From contig OW569350.1 of NCBI GenBank assembly GCA_937625935.1, positions 124,001 through 188,000 of the forward strand: DNA of 64,000 nucleotides. The letters run 5' to 3'. Every line of letters begins with the position of its first letter. Position 1 is the first letter of the stretch. Below are positions 37,371 through 49,800 of the stretch, in pieces. A program made the position numbers and the translations under genes. The stretch comes from Tetramitus jugosus (Eukaryota; Protista; Heterolobosea). The notes under the pieces were generated by a model. That model was not told the origin of the DNA, made no database searches, and saw only the letters and a list, made by a program, of their open reading frames with translations.

Positions 37371-40125
37371 TCATTTTGATTTTTTTTCCGCTTCCGTGTA
37401 CTCTCCATCATTGTCACTGCCTGAGGAGGCTTGCTCTTCGTCAGCCTTTTGCTGGTTGTATGAAGTGATGCTTTGCTTCAGATTCACCAATTCAGTTTCT
37501 GTGATGCATTGCTGTTTGAGAGACATGTCCAGTATAACGTCACAAATTCTTATTCTTTGTTGGATGACCACATCAGCCGCAAACAGGTGTTTGTTTTTAA
37601 TTGGCAGTACTGGCTCTCGGTACTCTTCTTCCTCTTCTTCCCCTTCCTCATTCTCTTCCTGTGAATCTGGTATCTCGGTCGTGACCTGTTGTTGTTCCTT
37701 TGTAGCTTTGATTGCCTCTCTCATCTTCATGTCTTCGAAATAGATGCGAATGATTTGTTCAACATATTGTAACATGTATACACCGCAATCTGATGAGTTT
37801 TGCTGTATTGGTAACTTGGCATATTTGGATTTGATATCTTTCGCTTTCAGTGTGGGAATTCGTTCGTTGTGCTTCAGGATATATTTCTGTGTCAAATACA
37901 ATCGAATACGCTCCATCAATTTTCTGGGCATTGTACCTTCTAATGAATCACAATACATAAGAAATGGTTCGTCTGTATAATCTTCCACCAACAACTGAGA
38001 TGGATTACAAATAACAACTAATCTCCAATGCATATCGGAGCAAACAGGGATAAACACTAAGTCCTTTTCAAACAGCTGCATATCTTTCTCCACACGATTC
38101 ACACATCGCTCAATATCCCTCAATAGTAGAGGATAGAATTGAGAGTTGAAGATATGAAATCTTGACTTATATTCGGCAAACTCATTCTCTAGATACTTGA
38201 ACCAAAAATCTACTATATTATCGTTCAGGTATTGCTCCTGCGCTAATCTTCCAACATCAGACACGCACAACGAAATCTTATTATATACTAGTATTTCCTT
38301 ATTCGTAGGCATGTTAAACTGGAGACTCAAAGTTTGATTGCGTGTTGATGGTCTCGTTCTGCTCCGACCAACTGGTTCATCTGTGATTGGTTCCGTGTAA
38401 TCACCACTAACATCCATATCTGAGTCGCTTTCTGGCGTTCTTTGTATATTCGATTCTTCCTCTTCGTGTCCCTTCTGGATCTTCTTTAGTATTCGGTTAA
38501 TCGAAGCCTTGTGCGAATTTGAGAGGGAGTACTGCAACATAAACTCTAATTTCTTGTGCGTTTTTTCACATACATCCGGCAACTGCTTGAATTGAGGTAG
38601 TACTTGCTCTTGTATCGATTGATCATCGTTGAGAAGAAAAGTTATCCAAGAGGAGTCATTACCCGCATCAAACCATTCATATGGAATACCCCTGATCATT
38701 TCGTGATACTGAAAGCCGATGCACACACTCTCCGATTCACAATACCATGAATTATGTATGTTATCTAGAGAGAGCTCAATTGTTAGACTGGGTTCATTCA
38801 GTGCATGTACCTGAAATTGTAATGCCAACGGTGCTGTATTTGAAAAGCACAAGTCAGAGGCCCGTAATATCATTTTTGTGCCGAAAATGACTGCCATGTC
38901 AGCACGATAGTACCGTTGTATTTTTTCTGGCTTCTCTGGTGTTGGCATTTCGACATCTGAGTCAATAGAAAATGGATTATTCTCGGCACCAGTGCTGCTC
39001 ACAGATTCATTATGTATATTTTGCTCCTCTTCTGTTTGTTGCTCGTCATTTAGTGGCTCATCATTGACCATTTTTGCTCTTCTTTTACTCTGATGAACAT
39101 TGTTGATCTCACTTTCTACTTCTATTCTGCTTCGTTTTCGATTTTCGACTGTCATTGATTTCTCCATTGGTGATGCTGATGGCGATGGTACGTTCGTTAC
39201 ACCAGTTTTTCGTCTTGACCTAGGAGTACTCACTTTTTGAGACAAGTAATCAATATCAGCTTCATAACCATGATCCACAACATCAACCATGGGAAGTGAA
39301 TCAGATGGAGTATTGACGGTGGGTGTCGTTGGCGTTTCTTGCTGTTGCATCTCCTCATCTCGATCATCCACTTCACTATTAGGTGCATTGCGTGTTGTTT
39401 GTGTCGACATTGTTGTGTGACAAACATCAGTAGAGATCAAATCGTCATCCATAACTGTTGTTTTATTCTTCTTCTTCCTATTTTCATCATCCACAATTGC
39501 ATGGTTTGTATCGCTTGACATGTCATGATTAGTATCAACGGTTTTTCGATTAGTAGTAGATGATGATGATGAGACTGGTGAAGCATAGGAAATGACCTTT
39601 TTGGTTTCTTTTGGTTGTTGGTGAATAATGTTTCTAGGTTGTTGTTTTCGTTGTGTCTCTGTACTACCATGTTGTTCATCATTATGTGATGCTTTGCTTC
39701 TTCTTGATCGAGTTCCAAACGATGTTTGAATGAGCTTTGCTGCGTTCACGGATGATTGTCTCTTTGATTTTCGATGATTGTCATTGACATTCTCAGCAAT
39801 AATATTCAATTCGTTATCATTGTTGCTGTCATTATCATTTTCATCATCAACCATCATCACATGCTGTTGTTGATGATGACCACCACTGTCACCACTGTGT
39901 AGCAACTCGTCCTGTAGTATGTGAGTGTGAGTATATGAAAGATTCATTTGAGTCGATATTAGAAGTGATGTCATATGTGATGTTCGAGCGCAGCCGTTGG
40001 AAAAAGCTCTCATAAAGCACAGAAGTGTAACCGTAATCCCTTGGAAAGAAAATACATACGAATTGGTCTGGATTGATAAGATTGGGTTGGTCCTCTCTTC
40101 TCCGTTGTCTTCTGCGCTGCGTCAT
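37371..40125 (-). CDS. Ulp1-family (C48) SUMO protease, Ulp2/SENP6-7-like; 2 exons (40125-40060, 39911-37371)
   Basis: YLNDNIVDFW, HIFNSQFY, catalytic HW (MHWRLVVIC), DSL, and QQNSSDCGVYMLQY. A 22-codon first exon is inferred from a GTATGT...CTACAG intron. Confidence 0.9.
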
Positions 40126-40279
40126 CACCACGTGCTGTGCTGTTGCACTTGTTATGTTTGTTGTCTTGAGTTTCACGTGAAGAAGAAGGAACACGTGGGA
40201 AAAAAAGTACTTCAGAAAAAGGAAGAAAAAGTTCGAAACAACCCTCACAACCAAACCAACAACAACAAAACGATCACAC

Positions 40280-41650
40280 ATGTCTCAACCACAACAACAA
40301 CCATCTTCTTCACCATCCAATAATAGTGCCAATCGTTATGCACAACTAGTACAGAACGCTTCCGATCTCTCTCAAGAGAACAAAATCCCAGAGGCATGTT
40401 TCCAGTTGGCACTTGCGATCGATGAATCCAACACGACTCGTCAATTGCTTCAGATCAACACAGAATTGCCAATGTTGTTCACTCAAATCAAGACGGCCAA
40501 CCAGAAAAAAAAGGCACAAAAATATTTTGAGAGTCAACGTCAATCAAGCACAAGTGGTAGTGATGAAAGTGATGTCCATGTTGGTGTCGGTGTTTTGGAC
40601 ATGGTTGTCAATTTGTGTACGGCAGGATTGTATGAAGATGTTCAAATTGCCTTTGGTTACTTGAAACGAGTGATCCAATATGCCAATCAATACAATCAAA
40701 AGGAACAGGAGCATAAGAAGAGAACGATCCTTGGATATGTTTCTCAGTTTTTGATTGCTGAGAATTATATGAATTTGAAACGGTATTCTGATGCGATTGA
40801 GCCGTTGAGTGATTGTCTCAGTGGTATTCCATGGTTTCACTATGGTAGTTTTGTGTTGTCGACTGCACTTGTCAATGCAAAGCAATACTCAGAGGCGTTG
40901 TCTGCTGTGTCCAAGGCTATTGACTTGATTGTCGCCGAGTCTAACTTTGATCGCAAGCTAAAGAAGGCGAGTGAGAATTTGTCATTGAGCAGCATCAGCG
41001 ATGATGACGAGGAGGACAAAATGATTGAACTGTATTCAGAGTATCTCGTGATGAGAGGAAGGATATCAAACCAATTGAAGGACACTGAGAGTGCTGCTGC
41101 GGATTTCGATATGATATTGTCAATTGATCCAAATCATGTAGTTGCACGCGTGTCCCGAATACAGTTGAACTTGTCCAACAAATCCAACTTTGAAACCATA
41201 TCTTCAGATGTGGATAAGGTGTCTCAAATTCAACCAGAATTTGCAGCCTTTGCGAACACACTGAAAGCCAAAGCATTGAGAATCGAAAAGAGATATCAGG
41301 ATTCTTGCGATGCCTACGACTGTGCCATAAACTTTAGCAAGCAATATCCAGAGGGATTTGACATGTATGACTCCTATCTCGAGAAGGCACTGATCCAGAA
41401 ATTGTACCTTAGTAATTATTTGGGCGCAAAACAAACGTATGACGCTTGTATTGAACGCTATCATTCCAGACCAGAGCCATTGTACCTCCGAGGTAGATTG
41501 CTTGAGCAACAGTTGAGTCAACCAAAAGCAGCCAAAGCAGACTACAGGAATGCAGTGAAACGAATCCAAAAGTCCACCTCCCAGGCCCAATATACCAGAC
41601 TATTGTCTGATGTGAACTCCGCCTTGTCCAACCTCAACCTGCCAAAATAA
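40280..41650 (+). CDS. Tetratricopeptide-repeat protein
   Basis: Repeated TPR-like helices (A.....KRYSDAIE, KQYSEALSAVSKAI, RGR.......AAADF..ILSIDPNH, YLRGRL.......AAKADY). Confidence 0.85.
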   Translation: MSQPQQQPSSSPSNNSANRYAQLVQNASDLSQENKIPEACFQLALAIDESNTTRQLLQINTELPMLFTQIKTANQKKKAQKYFESQRQSSTSGSDESDVHVGVGVLDMVVNLCTAGLYEDVQIAFGYLKRVIQYANQYNQKEQEHKKRTILGYVSQFLIAENYMNLKRYSDAIEPLSDCLSGIPWFHYGSFVLSTALVNAKQYSEALSAVSKAIDLIVAESNFDRKLKKASENLSLSSISDDDEEDKMIELYSEYLVMRGRISNQLKDTESAAADFDMILSIDPNHVVARVSRIQLNLSNKSNFETISSDVDKVSQIQPEFAAFANTLKAKALRIEKRYQDSCDAYDCAINFSKQYPEGFDMYDSYLEKALIQKLYLSNYLGAKQTYDACIERYHSRPEPLYLRGRLLEQQLSQPKAAKADYRNAVKRIQKSTSQAQYTRLLSDVNSALSNLNLPK

Positions 41651-41838
41651 CCTCCAAAATCAATATCTCCCACCAAAATCTGTTTCCTTTTGACCAAAAA
41701 ATTGTCCGTTACTTTTTCTGGAGGGAAAAACCGAAACAAACAGCAAAAACAAAACGGTTTAGAACAAGGCCAAACACATTCGTGTAATCGTCAAACGAGA
41801 GGGCAGATCTCTATTATCATCATCATTTACTTCCGATC

Positions 41839-43875
41839 ATGGCGAAACCAAAACAGACTAAACTAAGTAGCAGTAGCTCCAGCTCCAGTTCTTCCTCCAA
41901 ATCAAAAACTCCGACAACGAAAGCTCAAACTTCCATTCCTGATGATATCAGCACCCACAACAACAACAACAATCCACTCTTCAATATTGAAATCTTTGGA
42001 ATTCAAGAAGAGAATGAAATTCAACCATTGACACTGTTTCATCAATTGAAACAAATGGCTCTTGAGTTTCTCTTGTGCACTCCCAATGAATTCTATGCAC
42101 AACAACAAGCATCATCATCATCGACATCATTGGCACAACAATCACAACAAATGAAACAACAATGGAGAGATCATAAGCTTCTCATGCAAAGCTTATTGGA
42201 TGTCATTTCATCTTCCGAATCATTGATGAACAATAACAATAATAATAATAATAATAGTAGCTCTAGTATGAAACCATACTTGAAAGTACGATACTATCTC
42301 AGTTGCATCGAGCACAATGTTCACTTTGGAAAGACGGATTTGATTAGTGATCGATTTCGAATTTTGAATCAATTGAAGAGTGATCTGGGTGGATTGCAGA
42401 GAGCCATTGGTGACTATTTGAGAGAAAAGTGTATGAGCACAGAGTTTAGAGATGAGTTGCATTTGATTTTTCAGACGAGTAGTCGATTGAATGTGGAAGT
42501 GACTCAGTTCTTTGAAATGTGTGATTCGTTGCGATTGAAGAGACAACAAAAGAAGAGATCGACAAGGAGAAACGAGAATGATATTGATTATGATGAAGAA
42601 GAAGAAGATGAAGAAGAAGAAGCAGAAGAAGAGGAAGAAGAAGAAGAAGAAGTGGATGCAGATGGTTACACCAACTCTGAAAAGGCTCAAATTTTTAGAG
42701 CTTCGTTCCATTTGGGAAAGAAGTGCCGTGAATATGCGCGATCTGTTCCGTTGGGACCAAGCATGCTGCACCGAATGACTCGACTGTTGAATGAACAGCT
42801 CAACATGAGTGCTAGTCGCGCAGTTGCACCTTTGTCGACAACAGCAACTCCAACAACGACCAATCTGAAAAAGAAGGCAGCAGTTGCTGCTGAGAGTGAA
42901 CAAGAAGAAACAACGTCCAAGGCCACTACAAAACAGAAGCAACCTACAAACAAGAAGAGAGTGAGTGGAGCTGCTGGAGAGAGTGAACAAGCAACGCAAA
43001 CACCAAAATCCACTTCAAAAACATCCAAAACATCTGTCCCTGCACCTGTCTCCAATGCAAACGATATTGCCAATGTAGACGTGTTGAAACAGATGGCCAA
43101 GAGACACAAAGTAGACTGGGAGTCAGTACAAGATGCCACCAATCCTGCCATTCAATCATTTTTACAAACAAGGAGTACACTGTCTGGTTTGAGAGAGGAA
43201 TCAGATCGGTTGCTGAACACTGCCGTGGATCCATTGGGAGAAACGTTGGATCGTTTGGGTCGCATTCAGAAATCAAAGTCATCTTCGGCTTCTACGCCTG
43301 AGAGTCCAAATGACAGTGAAGCCACAACAGAGGCTGCTTCCTCATCTTCTACTAGGCGTAGATTGAATCAGAAACATGCCAGTGCCACACGAGTTCAAGA
43401 ACATTATCTAACATCGGATGAGGAGACGAGTGACAAGAACAAAACATCGTCCAAAACCGGTGATATTGTCAAGAACTTTAGAAGAAGTCAGAAGAAGGAT
43501 AAAACTCCACCCAAGTCCAAGAAGGCATCAAATGCCGAGGACACTTCAGAACGTGAGGACCAAACAGCGATACAATTGGCGAGCGTAGAAAAGAAGAAGC
43601 GATCTTCTGAACTGGGGAATGGCTCAAGGAAGGGCAAGAAGCGAGCGAGAGAAGAGAGCGACCAGGAGGATGATCAACACATCACACCCGAAAAGAGCAA
43701 GAAGAAGGCTAGAGTGCCATTCACAGCAGCTGAAGAGCAGAACCTGCGTGACGGAGTTGGAAAGTACAAGGTCGGTTCCTGGGCAATCATCTTGAAGAAT
43801 TACGATTTCCATCCAAGCAGAACTGGTATGGCTTTGCGAGACAAGTGGCGTAACATGATCAAGCTGCAACTCTAA
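41839..43875 (+). CDS. Telomeric-repeat-binding-factor-like protein with C-terminal single Myb (telobox) domain
   Basis: C-terminal RVPFTAAEEQNLRDGVGKYKVGSWAIILKNYDF..RT...LRDKWRNM. Helical N-terminal domain and an acidic/basic linker. Confidence 0.85.
   Translation: MAKPKQTKLSSSSSSSSSSSKSKTPTTKAQTSIPDDISTHNNNNNPLFNIEIFGIQEENEIQPLTLFHQLKQMALEFLLCTPNEFYAQQQASSSSTSLAQQSQQMKQQWRDHKLLMQSLLDVISSSESLMNNNNNNNNNSSSSMKPYLKVRYYLSCIEHNVHFGKTDLISDRFRILNQLKSDLGGLQRAIGDYLREKCMSTEFRDELHLIFQTSSRLNVEVTQFFEMCDSLRLKRQQKKRSTRRNENDIDYDEEEEDEEEEAEEEEEEEEEVDADGYTNSEKAQIFRASFHLGKKCREYARSVPLGPSMLHRMTRLLNEQLNMSASRAVAPLSTTATPTTTNLKKKAAVAAESEQEETTSKATTKQKQPTNKKRVSGAAGESEQATQTPKSTSKTSKTSVPAPVSNANDIANVDVLKQMAKRHKVDWESVQDATNPAIQSFLQTRSTLSGLREESDRLLNTAVDPLGETLDRLGRIQKSKSSSASTPESPNDSEATTEAASSSSTRRRLNQKHASATRVQEHYLTSDEETSDKNKTSSKTGDIVKNFRRSQKKDKTPPKSKKASNAEDTSEREDQTAIQLASVEKKKRSSELGNGSRKGKKRAREESDQEDDQHITPEKSKKKARVPFTAAEEQNLRDGVGKYKVGSWAIILKNYDFHPSRTGMALRDKWRNMIKLQL
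42594..42651 (+). repeat. (GAA)n coding repeat (poly-Glu)
   Basis: gaagaagaagaagatgaagaagaagaagcagaagaagaggaagaagaagaagaagaag. Confidence 0.8.
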
Positions 43876-43889
43876 TGTAACTTTATTTA

Positions 43890-46800
43890 TTACTTCTTAA
43901 TCTTCTTCGATTTATGTTTAACAACGTCTGTCTCGTTTGCTTCCTCGTCGTTGGCCTCTTCAAGTGCTTCCTCTCTTTTACGCTTGCTCAAGCTCGTAGA
44001 GTTGAGCTTCTTCTTGGCATAAAGAATTGGATCAATCACAGCCTTTCTATCACTCTTTTCTTTGCTGGACTTGAAGTATCCATCGACACGCAACTTGCCT
44101 TCATCGTAAGACTTCATGAAACGTTCATAGTTGAACAGATTCTTGATCTCTTCCTTCACTCTCTTTGCAAGGTCGACAACTTGTTGTGTCACAATCTTCT
44201 TGCTGACTGTACTTGATTTGTCTTCAGTACATCTGTAGAGCAATGGTGTCATATATGGCAAGTAAGTGTTCATTTGATTATTGAACTTCTTGCTCAAGGC
44301 AACGAACAACTTTAGCATAATAATCTTTTGAAGCGACAAGGACGCATTGCGCTCTCCAGAATCTGGTGTTTTGATTGATGCGACTTGCACCTTTAAGAAA
44401 TAATCTTGCAAGATGTTGGTGCATTTCTCTTCTGTTATAATCTTAGAATTGGTGAGATGGAATAGATTATCCATGGTGATGATGATCGTCTTAATGAGAG
44501 CTGTGGTGAATGCCTCTGTGTTTGTCACCATATGTAAATCATTCAACTTCAACAATTCATAACTCATGTCCAATAGATTGATCATATGACGCGATTCATC
44601 AACAACCTTACTATTCTTGTTGTTCTTAGTCTTTGCGAGGAAAACACTAATCAGATCCAAGGCGCTTACTCTCACGGAATGTGATGAGGTAGTCTTTGTG
44701 ATGTTGACGATATCGGACCACACATTATCAATGGTTGAATGTTTAACAATACCATGCTCGAATAATACAGCCATCGTATTGATACTGTTCTTCAGCAAGA
44801 GGATTTTTGATCTCTTGTCGTTCTCCTTCTTGCTCATCTCCTTGATGACAGATTGTATCTCTGGAAGGATCTTACTGTCCAGCACTCCAGAATGTTTGAT
44901 ACGACCACCATTGGCAACTCGGGCAGCGATCGCACAGGCGTGAATGGCTACTGCCTTGAGCTTCGATGTTGCTAACCATTTGCAAATCATGGTCATAACT
45001 TTCTCTTTGAATGACTCCTCGTTAATCTTTCTCATAAACGTGTACAGAGCCTCCTCAAGTAGTTTGTCGGCTCTTGTTTCGACATCCATTGCAGAGTCAG
45101 CTTGTCTTTCGTTTGCCAACTGAAGGATCAGTGGACAGAAGATGTATTCAACCTTCTCATTCAATAGTTCGACTGGGAACTGGTCAATAATGGTGTGAAT
45201 CATCTTGATGATTGCCAACTTTCCTTCAAATGACAAATGCTCATTAATGACATTCTTGAACAAAAAGTTCAAGTGTTCTTGAAGAACTTCTGGAGTGAAT
45301 GGATAGTTCAAATAGAATTTGCTCAGAATATGAATACACTGAGACTGAATAGCCTGATCCACCACCTTCAACAGAATTGTTCTCACCTTATCAATCAAAT
45401 CATAGATCTGAGTGGTCATCACCTTTCTTTCAACCAAGGTGTGTAACAGTTGGAACGGTTTCACATTAGGCTCTTTTGCCTTGGTAATATCAAGCCTGAT
45501 CATATCCAATAGGACATCCAACTGTTGCTCTGAGAATTTGGCTCCATCCTTCTGACCACTGTCATCCAAGAAGAACTTTACAGCAGAGAACAAGGTGTCC
45601 CAAGTTTCATTTGTAGTATCAACACCAGTGTTCAACATCAATTCTAAAATGGAGTCCAAGATATCTTGTCTCTTCTTGTTTGCAGCAGAATCCTTATGCT
45701 TCTGAAGCGACACTAGCACACGCAGCGCAGCGAGAGCAAGTTTCAAGTGCTTACCGGACACATACTTAATAAGCTTAGGTACGAGAGTGTCCAAGAGCGT
45801 AATATCCTTGATCTGATGCATTTTCAAGCAGTTGTCGACCAGTGCAATCACAAACTGAACAATATAATGTTCGTTCGAGGTGGTTCCCAGTTGATGTAAT
45901 CTGGAATCAAGATTGGATTCGATCGCACCTAGTCGACCTGGTTCTGGTTGGACCAGATAATACTGTTCTGGATTCTCCAAAAAGGCTTTGCTAACTTGAT
46001 ATCTATTGTAAGCATCTCTGTTGGTTTGCTCGAATTTTCTCTGATACAATCCCTTCTCGTTCACCTTTTGCGTAGCGAATTGCACGACAGCGGATTGATT
46101 GACTGTTGGATTTTTGGCTAAACCAGCCAATACTTTCTCGAACACACCTTCAAATCTTTTGAGAACAGCACTACTGTGCACAGTGACAAGAATAGCATCG
46201 ACTCTGGATATGACAGTGTCCATACTCAATTCAAAGTTCATAACTTGAGCTAGAATTTCAAAGGAAGCAAACAGGACATTCTGATTGTGCATGTGGAAAC
46301 CAGCATCGTCCTTGACATCCTGTTCAGTCTCAAACTTTTGACCCTTCTTCTTGTTGTTGATGAGCGATGGAGGAAGTGTAATGTCATGCAATAAAACATC
46401 AAGGATTAGATCAACAGCACCATCGATCTTGACATTCTTCATCTTGTTCTTCAATGTTTTGAGCATAGCAAATAAAGTAGTATAAAGTACATCAACTTCA
46501 TAACCTTCTCGCAATGCATCGACAAGCTTTTGAAGAGTGAAATGGAAGTATTGAGAGCCCAACTCGTACAAAATATCCAGCAAGGCATTTTGACATTCTC
46601 TTTGTTGTTCCACCTTCTTGCTCTTCAACTTTCCAATTAAACTTAAAATAATCTTGGATAGTTCTCTCTGCAATCGTTCTTTGCTGCAGCGCTTCAATAT
46701 CTTAATTACAAGGAAGGCAATATTGAGTTTCACGACAGAGATATCCTCCTTCTTGTCCCATAGATTCTCTTGCAACATTGGTACAATGACATTGACAAAA

Positions 46801-49800
46801 TAATTTCTGATCCTTGAAGCTTCAGGCAGTTCAGGCTTTTCAGGTTTTTCAGGTTTTTCCTCTTCTTGTTCTCCTTCTGTCATCTCTACGTCTCCATCTC
46901 CATCAATCTTATCTGTGCTCACTGCTGCATCTTGTGTCAATTTGTCCAAAGGATAAATCTCGAGCAAGTCGCAAATAATTGATAAGGCAACACCTCGACG
47001 TTTGACAGCTTTCTTTGAGGCTTTGTTATTCATGGAGATCATATTCATAAAATTATTCATCATTTTCTCTCCAAATTCCCAACGCAAGTGAGGAGTTAAT
47101 TTTGTAATAATTGCCTTGACTTGCTTGGCGATACTTGCTTCGTTACTCCACAAGAGATGAATCAACATTGGCACAAAGATACCATAGAGTGTTTCTTGAC
47201 TCATTTCAGTGGTCAGTTGCTTACCTTCATTCGGCAACACAACGCTAGAGAACAACTTCAAAGCTTTCTGTTTCTTCTCTACAGCTGATTCAGAGAGAAG
47301 CAACAAGAACTTGTGAAGTGGTTTGATATCTTGATACTCCTTGAATAGAATAAATTCAGCCAAAATAGGCAAGTATTCATTCAGATCCAAAACTTTTTCA
47401 CTAGTGGCTCCATTCTTCACATGACTGACAACTAGTTGTTTTAACTCAGAATATGTGGTGTCGTCTTCGTGCTTGGCAAGAACACGTACAATTGCCCTCA
47501 TTGCCTTGGCAGCGTTATCTCTAATACTCCACTGTTCGTCAGTTAGATAGAATAACAAATTGGTAACGATTGGATACAGTTGTAACTCGGTTAATTTAAC
47601 CAAGGAACTTTCGCCCTGAATAAGCTTATTGAAGGTATCAATTCTGGCTGAATAATCAATCTGATCGAGACGACTTGCTGTATAACAATTCAAACCAAAA
47701 ATGATCTTGGCCGTATACTCCATCGATTTCTCAGTTCGCTCAATAATTTCACACATAGACTTACGATAGCTTTGATTGGTATGTGTAATGAACAAGCTCG
47801 AGAAAACCTTGATATACTTTGCTCGAGTTTCAGTTCCAGCTCGAGGAAGATATCTATTAAATAGGTCTAACACCTTGTCGGCATGACTATCGGCGACTCT
47901 ATTGTTGTTGAAAATACGTCCATAGAAATATAAAATTACTTCAGCGGGTGATTCTTCTGTGAAGTAGTCGCTCATTCTATCGACTATGCCAAAGCACTTA
48001 TTCGTGTATGTCTTCCTGATCTCACGGTCTCTATTGTTGACAAGGTATAAATGATTCAATAACTGGTCACAATGTGGTTGCAATAACACAACACCAATCG
48101 TTCTATTCTGCACCTGGCTGAGAATATTTTTTGGAGCATTGCTACCAAACTGTGTGTTCTTGTGACTGAGTAAATTTGACAATAGATCAATGACAGTACC
48201 AAAATCTTCCACTTGCATAGGAAGTGGCAATATCTTGATAATTCTTTCGGCCAAATTAAATTGATACACGAGATAGTTCAATGCTGAATACTTAAACCAG
48301 GTAAAGTGGATCTGGAGAAGTCTGTGGAGAGAAGGTACGACATCAGTGAATTTGGCAAACTCAAAGTTGAAGAGATCCATCAATCGATTCAAAGTGCTCT
48401 CCTCGTAAGTGTACTGTTGATGCAAATCAAAGTAAGTGGTGAGCATTTCGATAGCCTCAGCCTCAGCTTCTTTGAGTTGTCTTCTTGTCTTGTCGGTTTT
48501 CGAGTGAACCTTGTTGACAGTACTAGATTCAGCGTCTTCATCAATCTCCATTTGAGTGGATGAACTTGAGACACTTCCCACGCACACTTGCACAATAATG
48601 GTCATGATTTCGAGGATTGAATCAAAATGTTTGACATAATTCTCTTGCGCTGCGAAGACAGCTTTAAAGAAGCTGAGCAAATGCTTAATCTTAGAAGGAT
48701 TGGTAGCATTGAATGTAGCAACAAAGTCAATGCCAAATAATCTATCATTGTCTTTCGAATCGACAACGACCAATAGTCGCTTAAATATTGTCACGAAAAA
48801 CAATTTCATTTCCTCCTTTCGCAGAGCACTAAAATACTTCACGACTTCGTTGACTCTGCTCTGCCATTTGGCCTGTTGAGAGGTAACCTTACCCTTCTTT
48901 GCTTTTCTCATATCGTACTTCATGAGAGCAGGTTCCAATATTTGAATAATGAGAGGGATGATATTCGATCTATGTTCTTCATGAATTTTTCGTGCATTAA
49001 GAGGCAATTGTTTGAGAATGCTGGTACTTTGACGAATATTAATGAACTTGTGAATGCTTTCAATATATGGTCGCAACCAAGGCAAATTAAAGATTTGCAA
49101 GCAGTCAATTGTTAAATGCTGAATTTCAGTGTTAGATGTCGAGAGCAACTTTTGAATGAGGTTCAGTAGTTTCGTGCAAGTTTCAGTGTTGGCTTCAGCT
49201 TCCAGGAAATCTTGACTCAGACGAGCCAAATGTGATAAAACAATCCTTAAATTAAGAGCCAGTTTCGAATCAGGTAACAAAACAATCAAGCTCTTATTCT
49301 CATAGGACAGAAGTTCTCGTTCATAGAACAGGGAGAAGAAATCACAAACATCTTGCGGACGACTTCCAGCAGCTTCTCCACAGTCCTCCAGCAGATCCCA
49401 CATCATATCCATGTATGTAGTCATATCTGTATGTGAACCACTGTGGTCAAACTCTGACGCGAATATACTTTCAAGAGCATTTAAAGAGCGAATCTCAAAG
49501 GCCTTCTGATAATTTTCGAATTTCACGAAGGGCATCTTCAAGTATTGTTCCCTCTTGTAAATGAAGGCCTTGATGTTGCGGTTCTTAATCTCGTCCAATG
49601 ATTCACTGTATATCTCAGCAAATATTGGGTAGAAAATGTCCCAGAAGAGAGAGAACTTGGCAGCGATCAGATACTTTGCGATTTCGATACATGGAGGCCA
49701 AGCAATTGAAAACTTGATGAACAAACCACCAATCACATAGTGACTTAACATGCGATACATGTGATCAGGAACTCGTTCACGATATCTTTGCACATGCTGA

